A DNA stretch of 64,000 nt from Chrysomallon squamiferum. Taxonomy: Eukaryota; Animalia; Mollusca. Every line of letters starts with the position of its first letter. The first letter of the stretch is position 1. The notes below the pieces were generated by a model. That model made no database searches and was not told the origin of the DNA. It saw only the letters and a program-made list of their open reading frames with translations. The DNA is taken from positions 4,712,001 through 4,776,000 of the forward strand of contig CM022674.1 of NCBI GenBank assembly GCA_012295275.1, given 5' to 3'. The position numbers and the translations under genes are program-made. Of this stretch, positions 1 to 16,114 are shown in pieces.

Positions 1-94
1 AGAAATGATCGCATCGTTTCCTTTACTCACCAGCTATAGAACATTGGTCATGACGGAACAACAGACTACAAATAATATATTTAAAACACCAATC

Positions 95-144
<50 letters not shown>

Positions 145-696
145 TATTTATTTTATTATTATTTATTTATTTATTTATTTATTTTTTTTTTTTTTTATTG
201 ATATATTACTTTTGTTCAACACTTTGTTGTAATTACGCAAATATCGCTGGAAAATTAAGCCATCAAGGCTACCGGAATGAACGATTTCCTTTCCCCGTGT
301 TAACAACAACAACAACAACGTATTACAGTCAACACTGTTTACACATACACGCCGCGTGGCCTCGGGCGCTGAAGGATGTCGGATCGATCCATTTCGGGTC
401 CCTCTCGCTGAAGTGTTATAGCTTCAGGCCAAGAGTAACGTGTTCAAATCAATGCATGTATGCCTGCGGGCCTTGTTGCTTGGTTTATCAAATAGATGTG
501 TTCATTGGTTATCGGTCAACGATTAGACAGTTGACAGCTGCTAAAGCAAATAACATGCAGCAGTTGTAAACATTTCTGTGTTTTCTGTGTGGAAGCCGGA
601 GAGGAATTTTTTTTTTTAAAACAAACTCTTTGCAGCTGCTGTGAAGTTTTCATGATGGGACATATGTGATGTGTTTTATACATTTGTGATGCATTT

Positions 697-808
697 GTGT
701 GTGTATTTATGTATGAATGTATGCCTATACTTATGTATGTATGCATGTATGTATGTATGTATGTACGTACGTATGTATGTATGTATGTACGTATGTGTGT
801 CTATGTGC

Positions 809-839
<31 letters not shown>

Positions 840-982
840 TGTATGTATGTACGTACGTATGTATGTATGTTTGTATGCATATATCTACGTATTCATGTAT
901 GTATGTATGTATGTATGTACGTATGTATGTACGTACGTATGTATGTATGTATGTACGTATGTACGTATGTGTGTCTATGTGC

Positions 983-1013
<31 letters not shown>

Positions 1014-1030
1014 TGTATGTGTGTACGTAT
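697..1030. repeat. (TATG)n tetranucleotide microsatellite with TACG variants
   Basis: Directly visible gtatgtat/gtacgtac array; it explains the MYVC/HTYI ORFs. Confidence 0.97.
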
Positions 1031-1390
1031 CGTGTATTATGCATGTTTCGTTGTCAAGAGAATAAATAAATATTTATGAACGTCATTGTCGGCCAGATGA
1101 ATAATAATTTCTCTTTCTTTTTATTTTTTATTTTAACAAGAGAGCCAGGACAATACAAAGATAATCTGTCTTTTCTACAGTTATATTGGATTTCTTGCTC
1201 ATATCGAATACGATGAATTAATAATAGACCCAGAAATAAGCCGTGTATTTGACCGTACAGTTACGAAGTTAATAAATTGACGTAATATATGACCAGTTGT
1301 CAAGTAAGTTATTTGTGCTATGGATTATTTAAAGTTTTATTATTATTATTATTATTTTTATTATTATTATTATTATTAAATTATTATTAC

Positions 1391-1434
<44 letters not shown>

Positions 1435-3059
1435 TTATTATTATTATTATTGTTATTCTACTACAGCCAAAAAAAAAAAAAAAAAATTAAAGAATAGATA
1501 AATTAAAGGATAGATAAATATATAATTACCGTATGTAACATTTTATGGGTTTGGATCACTTTGGAAAATTTACGGCGAAGTGAAGATATATATATTTTAG
1601 TACATACAAAATGTCCTATCATCTTTATTTACGTTTAATTTAAAATTCAGATTTAATAAGGTGATATGAAATTACACGAACAGAAAAAACGAAAAAAAAA
1701 AAAATCACTTTTGAAAATGACGACGTAGATGATGATGATGACGATGAAACAGATGATGATGATTATGATAATGATGGCAATGATGTTGAATATAATTATT
1801 GTATACGTCGCTAAAACGTCATCAGTATTATTTTACCGTTGTAGTAGTGTCTTTGCTATTTTTTCGATTTTTTATCCAGCATTGTGGTTCAAGCACATAT
1901 TTCGTGCACCTATCCATCTGATGACTGTGTTTTGCTATATTCATGAGAAAGTAAAACTAAACCCTACTGTATTTTTACCACCAACAGATTCGAAAATATC
2001 ATGAATATATATAACAGGAGATAACTATTAATATGCATTCCATTTATGATTTGTTTTATTCCGTCAGCTTATCCAAGCACGCCTGTCGGTTTTAAGTCTT
2101 GCGAGTTCCACAGAGATAGCAATAACCACATCGCTCAATATTTTTATGCCTATGAAAAAAAAAAAAAAAAAAAAAAAACCAAGCTGCGAGTTTTATGTTC
2201 TTTCATAACGTGACAGAAATACGAATATCAGGACAGACAGACAGTCGCATTAAAACTGACGGTAAATAAAACAAAATCTTTAACATTTGCACTAACGATG
2301 GAGAAGACTTTCGGAGTATCCAGTATCAAATTCCTCTGCTGCTGCTTCAACGACAACATCTGATTCATGGCGATTTTTTTTTTCTTTTTAAAAAATCTAC
2401 GCGTTGAATGATGCACAAAGTTTCTGACAACAACGACGTCATAATGTTCGCCGTCAGACATATTAAATCAAGCGATGGTGACGGTTCGTTCCATGATTAC
2501 AAACGTCGTTCGGTTTTCGGTTACCAATGCAGTCTGGATTTTAATTTGTGATTGGTGATGTCTGCGTCCACAAAAGCGTCTGGCAATAGCAGTTGAAGAA
2601 ACCACTGACAATAAAGAATGAAATATTCTTTTCATTTTTTTTTTTTTTTTTTTTCTTTTATAATAATTTTATTTTGATCTTTCGAGGTGATTATAAATCG
2701 TTCGTCTAAACGTACTGTTCGTCTTAGGACTGATCTTTCTTACTGTTTCTCCTCTGGATTTATTAACCGTTTCAGCCAAAAGCCCTACGACTGAGCTGTC
2801 AAAGAAAGATCTTGATAAGTATTTTTGTGCCTGTTTATGAGTGGGTGGTTATGTGAGATCACTTGTTGATGATTATATGAGATCAGTTTGTGACGGCGGT
2901 ATCGGATTTTCGTTATTTTTGTTTTTGTTTTTTTTCGTACAAGAAAGATATTACTGATTCTAATGTTTTTGTTGTTGCAGTGTTCTGAAGCGTCATTACA
3001 TATTCATTAATTGATTCCTTTAAACTTTTATACTTTTATCCTTCTCTATCCCTTAGCAG

Positions 3060-3680
3060 TAGCCGTTATACTCATATTCATTATTCGTGTTCACTATTCA
3101 TTATTCATCACTTATCATATGTAATTTATTATTTATTATTCCTATTTGATTTAATCGTTTTTTTCATCATTTATCACAAGTAATTTATTATTCATTATTA
3201 TTTACTCATTATTCATTATTCGTATTCAGCATTCTTATTCATTTTTCATATTCATTATCAGTGTTCACTGTCCTTATTCTCCCTGTTATTTATTTTACTT
3301 CACTGTTCCTATTCAGTACCCATAATCATTTATTCCGCTCATTATCCCTTTTCATTATTTTTGTTTTCATAATTTCTATCAGTTATTTCTATTCATTAAC
3401 CCTACCTATTATTATTATTATTATTCATTATTCGACTCGTTATCCTTGTACATCAAATCTATTAACTATTCTTATTCATGTATCTATTCACTGTTCATTT
3501 CATTATTTTTATTCATAATCCCCACTCACTGACTTAATGCATTATGTCCATTAACTATTCTTATTCATTATTCTTATTCACTGTTCTTAGTCATTACCCC
3601 TGCTCGTTATCCTTATTCATTGCATCCATCCATTATTCTTATTCATTATTCATTAGCCCTTAACATCCCTATTCGCTATC
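3060..3680. repeat. Degenerate TTATTCA-based cryptic tandem repeat
   Basis: Recurrent ttattca/ttattcact/cttattcatt units over about 600 bp with very few G on the + strand. Confidence 0.75.
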
Positions 3681-4046
3681 TTTTATGTCATTTTCTCGCA
3701 GTTTTCAAGTAGGTTAATAATAGAAGCAGCAAACTCGGATCCTGTTCATTTTTGTTATTGGAACTCGCGGTAATCTACAATTACCATAACCACCCATTAC
3801 CAACCAGGACTATAATCAACTCAACAGCCGTTTCCTGGTCAGCTTTTGGCCACGGTAACCAAGTTAGACTGTTAGTGGTTTGAATAAAATATTAAAACGA
3901 TGATACTAATTTATAATACTGTGAGAAATCTGTAAATTTAATAATATATGTGAATATAAAAAAAAAAAAAAATTAAAAAAAATGTGAAAAGAAAAAGAAT
4001 AACAAGATGGATTTATGAAAGAAGAGATGCATTTTAAAAATAAATA

Positions 4047-4204
<158 letters not shown>

Positions 4205-4232
4205 AATCTGTTTTACATGAATGTGGTATATA

Positions 4233-4267
<35 letters not shown>

Positions 4268-4839
4268 AGCAACTGAAACTTAATTCATTAAAATAAGTGA
4301 ATAAATAAATAAATAAAAAAAAAAATTCTAAAATCCATAATTCAGTATCGATCCCACGAACTCTGGCACGAAAACTCCAGTGGTTTTTAGTCTAGACTAA
4401 AAGAGACTTAAAAGCCGCAAGATGAATTAATGGCGTTGACAGGGACCAACAAACGTAGTGAAATCGATCACGAGCGAAATCGACAAACACGCTGGAGCCT
4501 GTGTAATTAACGGAAGAAACCGATCCGAGATCAAAGCTCTATAGCGAGGATTAATCGACTATCTCCGGACGCTTGGACATTCTTGAAATGACCATCAAGT
4601 CAGCGATGACCAGATAGCATGGGGGCAGTGACATTCGCAGGCTCGAATTTATGTCTGGAAGATTACGATCGTGTAAAATATAGAGGCCTACGACGAACAC
4701 TAAATAATATTCTCTTTATGCGGGGTCGAGAGGAAGGTGATGGGTGGTGGAGAGATTGTGATTTGGTGGTGTTTTGTGGGTGAAGCGAGGGGCAGAAGAA
4801 ATTGCTTGATTATATGAGAGAGTAATTGTCGTGAATAAT

Positions 4840-5420
<581 letters not shown>

Positions 5421-5646
5421 GATGAAGATAGGGAGAGAAGAGATTTTGTTTCATTTAGCAGTCTCAGTGTTGAATGTGAATCAAGTCTGGTTCGTGTGAC
5501 TGTGACACAGACGTGATTCATGCATGTATGTAATGGACAGTGACATGTTGGTTCAAGTACGTCTGTCAGTATTTAATCCGTGAGAACTGTATCTCCGTTA
5601 CTGCACTTTTGTAGAATAATTGTTATAAAAGACCATTATTATTATT

Positions 5647-5678
<32 letters not shown>

Positions 5679-5814
5679 GAACATCATCATCATAATAACA
5701 AATAAATATATATCCTTTATTTATCTATTTTTGAGAACAGTTCCTACTCCGTTACTGCATTGTTGAAAAGGTTATAAAAAGACCAGAAGGTGAAACGAGA
5801 AATAATTTATTGCA

Positions 5815-5857
<43 letters not shown>

Positions 5858-6103
5858 GCTAATCTGGCTTTGCACTGTAACTCTATATATTCATTATAAC
5901 TATGACAACAACAAAATATATATATATATCATTTGTAACGAAGATAAGCTGGAAGGGAAAATAATATTAAAAGACCATTTCAGATAACGTCTGCTCTAAA
6001 TCATTATGTAATGCTTCTGTTGCAAAAGTTCAACAGGAAACATCCAAAATACCAGAAGATTGTTCCGTAAACTCGTTTGAGCCTCTGGTACGAAACAACG
6101 ACA

Positions 6104-6161
<58 letters not shown>

Positions 6162-7803
6162 TAGATAGATATAGATATACCCTTTATTCAGAAGAGAAGA
6201 CAATCAGTATTCTAAAAGAACTCGAGATAAGGGGAAAAAAATAATTTGAAACGTCAAAACTACTGTTTAAAGAACAGATAATGTTACTTAATGTGTCGCG
6301 TTGGCAAATATCGGTGTTAACTCGGAAGAAAGGAGACCCATGAATTAAATCAATCACGTGAAATGTGAAGAAAAAAAATAGCAAATAAAGTGTAAACGTT
6401 GGCGACACGAATAAACGCACTAATAAAATTTCTTTAAACTTCAAAGTTATCGTACGTTTTCGCGACGTTAACAAAGTATTATAACAACACATAACAATGG
6501 CGGTTACTTTTAAACCTTATTTTATTTTTTTTTTTTTTTTTTAAATTTTTGTGCTTCGTTATTAATTACGACTGAACAGAATGACACGAATAAAACATAA
6601 GCCTAACATGGACAAATGCAGAATGTTTTTTTTTTTTTTTAGATTGTATCTTCGTATATTACCAAATGTAAAGTTTAATAAGATAAAGTAAACTGTCACT
6701 TTGCAAATCTCTTGGGTGTTAATGGCAGAAATATATACGTCTCGGTTTGTGTTGAGACTCGTTATGGGTTTTGATGCAGATTCGTGCGCATAATACATGA
6801 ATAAATAAAATATAAAAACGCCACATCACATGGTGAAGATTTTGTTTATAACCGTATCGCTAAAAGTAATGTTTTTTTCACAAGACAATTTTTGGCCATG
6901 CATAAACAATCCCGTATCTCCAAAGTTTCATAACGAATTTCACTCACAAACTGCTGCACAAAACGTTGCCGTCTGCTGACAGTCAGAACACGGTTAAACA
7001 ATTAGGAGTTACTGTTCTTGGATGTCGACAGACGACAACTCAGTTTGACCTTCTGTGTCAAAACACGTACAACATTAAACACGTAAGAATGTTACACACA
7101 TAGTAACTAGAAACAAAGAAAAACTCGCAATATATTTTGAATTTAATGTTTATAGTTTAATCACGTATGTACATGTGTGTATATATGTATGTGCGTGTGT
7201 GTATGTATATGTGTATATATACAGATAGATAGATAGATATAGATATAGATATAGATATTACGTTATGTCCCTGTCAATAACAAGAAAAACATCGTTATTT
7301 CTGCACAACGCGAAAATTCTTTCTTATCTGCATCAAAACCGATACCACGAGGATACTATATCATATATTTATCTTTTCTTTTTCTTTCTTCTTTTCTTCT
7401 TTCCTATTTCATTCAGTGTATGTCATTTATTACGATATTTAAGTGAAATCTGAAATTGAAAAATGCTTTTACGTAATCTTATAATAGTCATAAATGTCGT
7501 TTCTTCGTCTCTCGTTTAATTCTGAAAATATTTATTGTTCTGCTGTACCTATTATATATCAGTCTGTCAGAAGGTCTGTCCATAAATCATTTTAATTTTA
7601 TATATATTTGCGAATCTGTTCCAATGAATGCGTTTTGATGTATCTGCCCACCTTCCCGTCTGTTTATCCATCCGAATTCTGTAATTATCATTTAATAGTT
7701 ACATAAATCTGTTCAGTCTGTTTATTTATCTGTCTAAATTACCGTCCATCTATATGTCCATCCACTTGGAAATTACCTTCTCTCTCTCTTTGATTCCATC
7801 TCG

Positions 7804-8356
<553 letters not shown>

Positions 8357-8614
8357 CATAATCACATTTACACTTGGGAAATCGAAGATATCGCATGTCC
8401 AAAACGACTGAAGGTGTAATAATACTGATACTGGATACCTTTTTAAAAATTTATAATGCATACACCGAACAGTGCAAACCGATAGTCTCTTAAGATTTCC
8501 ATAACTGTAAATTTAATTATTCATTTTTTTTTTTCTAAAGAAGACAAATTAAACTAAATACTATTATCAATAACTCGTATATCACCACTACAAAACAATA
8601 TTTTTATTTTTTTA

Positions 8615-8651
<37 letters not shown>

Positions 8652-9068
8652 TTTTTTTTTTTTTTTATCTATAAGAACAGTAACGATAAAAATTTAAGCC
8701 TGGGTTTTGCTGGCAAAAACATAAATAATCTCTTTCTCATTTTTGCAGTGAGAGAAACATACGAAGCCTCGTTTTCGAAGTACTCATTAGTGTTTAATAA
8801 ACGGAGGGGGGTTTGGCTTCGCGTCTCTTCCAATACAGTTATCAGATGCCAGCTTTGAAGAACGATTAATTCAAGCAAGAATGAAGTTATGGGTGTTTTT
8901 TTTTTGCGTTAGATATACGAAATGCATGGCTGATCCCTGTAGCTATGACTTGAGTTGTTTTGGTTGTTTTTGTTGTTTTATAATGAAGTTAGCAAAGACG
9001 ATCTCATTTTCTGAAATAATCGATCTGCTCCACATCTTTCATTTATTTATTTTTTATTTTTTATTTAT

Positions 9069-9116
<48 letters not shown>

Positions 9117-9871
9117 GACAACAAAAAAAAAAAAAAAAAAAAAAAAGAAATGCCAACACTGATTGTTGATATATATATATTTTTAATGTATTTATTTACT
9201 TTTTATTTATTTATTTATTATCTACTTTTTTTTTATTTTATTATTATTCTCTTTTCTTTCACCCACACATATCTACGTAAAGATAACATAAAAAAACCCA
9301 ATAATAATATTAACAACTACATCTACAACTACAACAGCAACAATGGCAGCTTCAATTAAAAATAAAACAAATATAAAATGCTCGAGCAAATTGCACACAA
9401 AACGCCTAGCTGTCTTCACGACCACCACAAGAGACCTCTGACATTTCCCCGTGTTACGCTGAAACCCAGACACAACCTGTCACCAGTCAAACTGTGTTCC
9501 GCTAACGTCATCGAATCAGCCGCCATGTCAGACGAAATTGAATTTTCTAGAGTAAAGATTTTTAGTCGTGAGTGACAAGAAATGCAGCAGGCGCTGATAT
9601 AAAAAATAAAAAAAAATTTAAAAAAAAAAAGAAGATGGAAATCTAATATAATAATTTGTAATGTAATATCAAACGCCACTGTCAGAGCAATATTTCGTTT
9701 GCCCCAAAGTCTTACGTATCATAATTTCTAAAACGCAGCATGGAGTCGAGTGAAAACAATTACCGCAGAGCTAAGCGCAACGGGAAATTTATAGCAATTT
9801 TTTTATTTATTTTATTTTTTTTTTTAAATTTACGATTTTTAATATATTTTTTTTTCTTTCATTTCTTTTTC

Positions 9872-9910
<39 letters not shown>

Positions 9911-10113
9911 CTTGGGGTTTACACAGGATGTGAGAATAGTGCAAGCAGTGAAAATATGATCTCAGTTCGCTTGTCCTTTTTAACGTGTGGGTTTAAATAC
10001 GTGATTTGTGTGTCTGTTGCTTTTTCTTGAACGTCTCGATTTTTTTCAGTTTGGTTTACGGTTGGATTCTGTCTCAGCTACAACAGCACAGCGCATGCAT
10101 CGATATCTGTATA

Positions 10114-10239
<126 letters not shown>

Positions 10240-11760
10240 ATAATATTAAATATGATGTACGGTGGTACTAAAGATCCATCCTCCGCAGAGGAAATGCTAA
10301 TCCATAAGTTTTTGTAAATAAATCACAAATGTAAATTACCTTTTATCCCAAAACATAAAATTCAGTAAAGTAATTCACGCGTGTGTGTGTGTCTGCGTGT
10401 CTGTGTGTCTGTGTACAAGTTAGTACTTCTATGAACCATATATATTAGTTTGTCCTAATCAACCAAATTAGTTCAGGTTTAACAGCAGCGTACTTGTAAG
10501 TGAATCATTTGGGAAATCCAATACTGACATCGATTATTCGCTCTTTATCTCTCGTTTATTACAAAATAATGACGGTGAAATGTATGTAGATGGATGTAGA
10601 TACAATTTAACAGGTTATATCTAACACGAATAGTAATGAAACGCTTATCAATAATGAACATTTATACCATAAGCTTATTTCTTTTTCTTTTTTTTTTTTC
10701 TTTTTTTTTAATTATTATTATTATTATTTTTTTATTTATTATATTTTTTTTTTTTAAACTTAAATTTTTTAAATTTTTATTTTTTTATTTATTACTGTTT
10801 CTATTATTATTTTTTTATTATTATTTTTCCTTTTTATAATTTTTTCTGATCCTTGCTAGACATCCAGAACAGGACGGATGTACTAATATTTCATTTACGA
10901 CATAGTCAACACCGTTTTTAATCTACATTTATGTGACGTCCTACTTATCGTCAAAAACTATATACAACAGGAATTAAGAATAAAATATTTTTTTTTTTAT
11001 CGATGCACTTGTCACATTCTACGTCATCCGTTATAAAAAAAAAAAAACCAGTGAGCTATAAAACCTACCATCGTCATTTGTTAGTCAACGAATTACTTGC
11101 TAGCAAGAAAGGAATTATATTTACAACCTTCCCAAAGACAGTAAAAAAAATAAAATAACATATATTAAACCCGTTGAACAACAACTGGTCGTGGTTCTTT
11201 TACCGGATCGAAAGTCTGAGCAAAATTGAAAGCTGGGAAAGTCTTGTTGTTGAATGATTATGGTTCGGTCTTGAACTGGGCCATTGGTCTATGGACAGTC
11301 TGCAGCAGAAGCCGAAGGAACAAAACAAATAAGAACAACCGAAACGAAGACTGCTAAAACCAATAACAATAACTGATGGTTTGAAAAGTCTGAAGTCGTG
11401 TCAGAAGTATCGATCTGTTGACCCACAGCGTCTGAGTCTGATCTCTCAGCGTGGAAAAAAAACGGTTCACGCACCAGTGGACCTTTTTTTTTTTTTTTTT
11501 TTTTGTCTCCGCAAGAAACAAGTTAAAGAGGTTGTAACGCACGACTGACTGCAGTGTAATAGATTGCATATATCGTGTCATTTGACAACTGTATATCCGT
11601 AATTAGTGTACAGATATGAACAATCAAGGGTTACCAAAATAGAGCAAAAGCAACGGGGTTAATGTTTCCTCGCGATAATCGTTATTGATTTTTGAATAAT
11701 ACCGTGTCGTTCAATCGATTGGTGGGTTCCACACGCCATACTTGAAGATCCCAGCTTCGC

Positions 11761-11780
11761 CGCCATTTGCAAAAATGGCG
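11761..11780. promoter_or_regulatory. Inverted pair of YY1/PHO-type motifs (CGCCATTT-gcaa-AAATGGCG)
   Basis: Palindrome with 8-bp arms, each arm matching the YY1/PHO core GCCATTT, inside a CpG-retaining island; function inferred only. Confidence 0.35.
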
Positions 11781-11835
11781 TCGGGTCGTAAATGGGCATA
11801 CCGTTCTTAGTATGTTAGTGCTTGTGAAAAGAACA

Positions 11836-11866
<31 letters not shown>

Positions 11867-12297
11867 ATTAAAATGAAATAAAATAAATTAAATAATAAAA
11901 AAAGAAGAAAGAATGGGAGTAGTGATTTTGTTGGTTAAAAGTTCGAAAAATAAAAAAAAAAAAACGATTTAGTCATTTAGAGTTTTAGTCACGGTACCAA
12001 AACCCAATTGAGAGGAGCGCCCTCTGTGAGATATTTTGCAATTCGATTCCGAATTAGAAGTGTCATTTCTTGCGGTCTGTTTAAATACAGCGGTATTTCT
12101 TCGTTGGACAATGTTATAGATGGATGTTAGAACGATCTGTATTTTTCGTCTTGTTTTCAAGATGCATTAGCAGAGGAAAGATATCGAACGTTTTAATGGG
12201 TTGGCGAAGACGACATAAAATGTAATGGTCCCAAAAGTACGAAAATCAATTATTCTGTGTTTGATAATTACTGTATTCCTACCTACCCAGTCATTTA

Positions 12298-12343
<46 letters not shown>

Positions 12344-13620
12344 GTTATTGTTGTTGTTGTTATCTATCCAAATTTGTTTGTTTTTCAGTTTGTTTATCTG
12401 TTTACCTATGTTATTTTTTTCTCTATGTCTATATGTCTTTCTGTCTATCTATCCATCTATCTTTCTCTACCGAAATGTTTTGTCTGTATGTATTGTGTCT
12501 ATTTGTCCATTTTTCTGTTTTATTTATTTTTACCTGTAAGTTAGTTTCTCGTTTAGTTTATCAGTCTATCTAGTTGGAGTGTACATCCATATATTTTTTT
12601 TTTTTTTTTCTAGTCTATATATTTATCTATCTAGCTGGTACCTGCGTTATCACCTATTCAAAATGTTTCTATTTAATTAGGTTTGAGCGAAAATGAAAAA
12701 CATTTTTTTTCTTCTTTTATTCACCTATTTACTTATTTTTGTCAATACACAACCCAACTCATACACCCTGTAGCTCCATCTGTTTGTCTGTCTGTCAGTT
12801 TTCATCTCTTTGATTCATTCTTTCTTTCATATACCTACAAATGGATGTATGGATGAACTGAACAATCAATCAGTGAAGTTACTGTGTATGGAAACACACA
12901 CGCACACACACACAGAAGCACACACACAAGCATACACACACAGACACACAAGCACATAAGTATCAAGAATATCCAAATTAAACTTTATGGGGGCGGGAGT
13001 GGCAAATGTATCGAAACTAACTGAAGCCCACAACTGCAATTTTCTTCTCTCTTTTTTTTTTTTTCTTTTTTTTGTATCTTCCGCACACAATAGTTTTTAT
13101 GTGTAGAAGCTCCGTGACAACTGAAAGTTAATTACGCTCGGAAAATCAGCCTAATTGATTCAAACTGCTACTGGATTTTTAGGGTTTATTTAGACGTAGT
13201 GTATATATATATATATAAAAAAAAAGAATACGAAAGCAATTAGCGTCTAAAGTTAGTTTTAGTACTGCTCAATGGACAAACGAGTCGATTGCTTGACTTC
13301 TCCAATTGTTCGACAATTTCCGTGTAGCCGGAAAAGTACGCGTTACCTTTTTAGCGAATTCAGCATTATTATACGTCAATTAACTTCGTGTTTTCTCGAT
13401 ACAAGTCGTTGGCTTATTTCAAAGGAAATATAACGTCATTCCGACCTGGCTTCAGAGTTCGTTGTATGTTCTTTTATTTTATTTTATTTTAGATTTTTAT
13501 TCTTGATTTGAAAAACTGCTTCCCTGAGTGTAAAGCTTTTACAAACTGTGCCATCCCTTTTTATTTATTTTTTTATTTTTTAAATTTTAATTAATATACT
13601 GTGTTAATTATGTTTTTTAG

Positions 13621-13673
<53 letters not shown>

Positions 13674-13734
13674 CATTAATTTAACTTTTAACAGCATGAA
13701 GACAGGAAATAATAATAATAATAATAAAAATAAT

Positions 13735-13890
13735 TTTACCGGTCTGGGAACTTTAGTTCGATTACTAGTATTTTCGGTACAAGTCGGACACTGTCGATAC
13801 ATTTTCTTCCGTTTCGGTCGTTTTCGGAACGTATCGTATTATTTCGACACCTTTTGTTACATTTCGGTCAACATCGGTGTTCAGTAAGTG
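13735..13890 (-). repeat. TTCGG/CCGAA-rich element, probable relative of the repeats at about 20.9 and 24.3 kb
   Basis: Multiple ttcgg units; the reverse complement contains ttccgaaaacgaccgaa versus ttccgaaaacaaccgaa at about 21036. Confidence 0.45.
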
Positions 13891-14108
13891 ACGTTTTCTG
13901 ACACGCTGTCACTGGCACAGTAATTTCCCTTGATAAATTATCTGCCGTTCTCACTCCAATTAATTGACAAAAACGACGGAATCGTAACACGCAGGGGAGC
14001 AGTTATTGTAAGTGTTAGAACATAAAAATTAAATTAAACGAAACTGGGTCAGATTAAGTTAATGTGCAAGCAGAATCAGAAGGGAGCAGCTAACGCTAAA
14101 AATACAAA

Positions 14109-14147
<39 letters not shown>

Positions 14148-14966
14148 ACGTAAAATTGGTTAAAAACTTACTAACTAATATACACATATTACGTAATATA
14201 CCGGAGAATATATTATTTTATAATGTCTCCGATGTTTATAATTTTAAATTTATATCTTTCTATATATTAGCCTGTCTGTCTTTCCGTCAGTTCATCTATC
14301 TATCCATCCATCCATCCATCCATCCATCCATCCATCCATCCATCTATCTATCTATCCATCCTTCTATCTATCTTTCTATCCATTTTTCTTGTCTGTCTAT
14401 TTAGTTATGTATGACGACTTTCACTTTTTCTTCATCTTCTTTATGTTATTTTGTTTTTCTTTTTTTTTTTTCTTTCTTTTTTTTTTTTTTTTTTTTTTTC
14501 TTTTTCTGACTGGTCCCATTTTCATTTAATTATGGCGATGTATTCTCCTAAGAATCCCAGTTACTTCCAGCAAGCTAACGAAAGCAGACGAGAAACTACG
14601 TGAGTTGATTTTAAACCAAATTAAATATTGTTTGCAGCTTATGAGAGCAGAATAAAAAGCGATTACCCATCAAGTTCTCGTCATAGATTATCTACATTTT
14701 AAAAAAAATTCATTTAAATGTCCGCTTCTATTGAAAAACAAACACTGACTGTTATATGAAAAAAAAAAATGTATAACGTTACATATGGTAATTATTTGTT
14801 TGCTGCACAACGTCAAAAATAAATAAATGCCTTTATTTGAAAAAAATAAATGCTTAAGAATATTATATGTACGAACAAAGACACAAACACAAACATAAAT
14901 ATACATACATACTACTTACATACATACATACATATATATATATAGATAGATAGATAGATAGATAGA

Positions 14967-15006
<40 letters not shown>

Positions 15007-15267
15007 TTGTAAGTTCACGTATAAACGTACATATATATTTAAATGTTTTTCACATCTTTACAACATTAAATGTTTAAAATAGTGGATACTCATTTCGTAC
15101 GTATACATACATACATCTCTGACCTACAAATTATATTTCTTTCACTGATAATAATCATTACTTAACCCTCTCGGTTTTCCTCACATTTCTCGAAAGAAAC
15201 AAAACAAAACTAATCAACTTGAAGATTTCCGGATTCGGGAAACCAAAAAAAAAATAAAAAAAAAAAA

Positions 15268-15367
15268 AAATAAAACCTTCATCCCTTAGCAAGAGAAAAA
15301 CCAGAAGAAAAAAAATAAAATAAAATAAAAATAAAACCTTCATCCCTTAGCAAGAGAAAAACCAGAA
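15268..15367. repeat. Local direct duplication of about 40 bp
   Basis: aaataaaaccttcatcccttagcaagagaaaaaccagaa occurs twice about 61 bp apart. Confidence 0.9.
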
Positions 15368-15967
15368 TAAGAAAAAAGAAAAAAGAAATAAAACCATATA
15401 TAAAATTTGTAACGACAGTAACCTTTAAGAAGGTTAATTCTATTTGCTCGCTGACAGGTTGGGATTTGCACTGCCTGGGCGAGCCGAAGTCTGTTAAGAA
15501 TAATAGTTGGTGTAGTTTCTATATGTGGGACATTCTTAACGAAGATTGTTTGTGTCAAGAATCAGGCCAACGCTCACAGTTGTTTGTGCACAGAACGAAA
15601 CAGGTTGCGATGTATTTCAGGGTAATTAAATAAACGTAGTGGTCTTATCTTGTGGAACTTAGTTTTTCTGTTTTTTATTTTTTTTTTTTTTTTTTTTTTT
15701 TTGGTATTGCTTTGTTGTTTGAACGTTGTTTACGAAATAAATATACACAGACAGATACATACATGCACACACGCGCATATTCTAACACATACATACATAC
15801 ATACATACACGCGCGCGCACACACACACACACATAAGTATATTGATAAACAATGTCCAGACAGACGTTAGTAAGAATACTATATATTTTTTTGACAGACA
15901 GAAAGACAGTGAGATGGATGGATATATAAAGATAAATAAAAAAATAATTGATATATCAGACAGACAA

Positions 15968-15999
<32 letters not shown>

Positions 16000-16008
16000 G
16001 CATGTATG

Positions 16009-16114
<106 letters not shown>

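Noticed and set aside
374-410. ggatcgatcc as a SINE or tRNA B-box
   Set aside because: No convincing A-box or downstream SINE core
2854-2895. tgagatca twice, resembling the bantam seed
   Set aside because: Only the seed matches; it is a short local duplication with no complementary star arm
11914-11935. Similarity to miR-7 (tagtgattttgttg)
   Set aside because: The seed region differs and there is no precursor hairpin
12765-12786. accctgtag resembling the miR-10/miR-993 5' end (also acaaattcgg at 41031)
   Set aside because: The match ends after about 10 nt with no paired arm, so there is no support for a Hox-cluster miRNA
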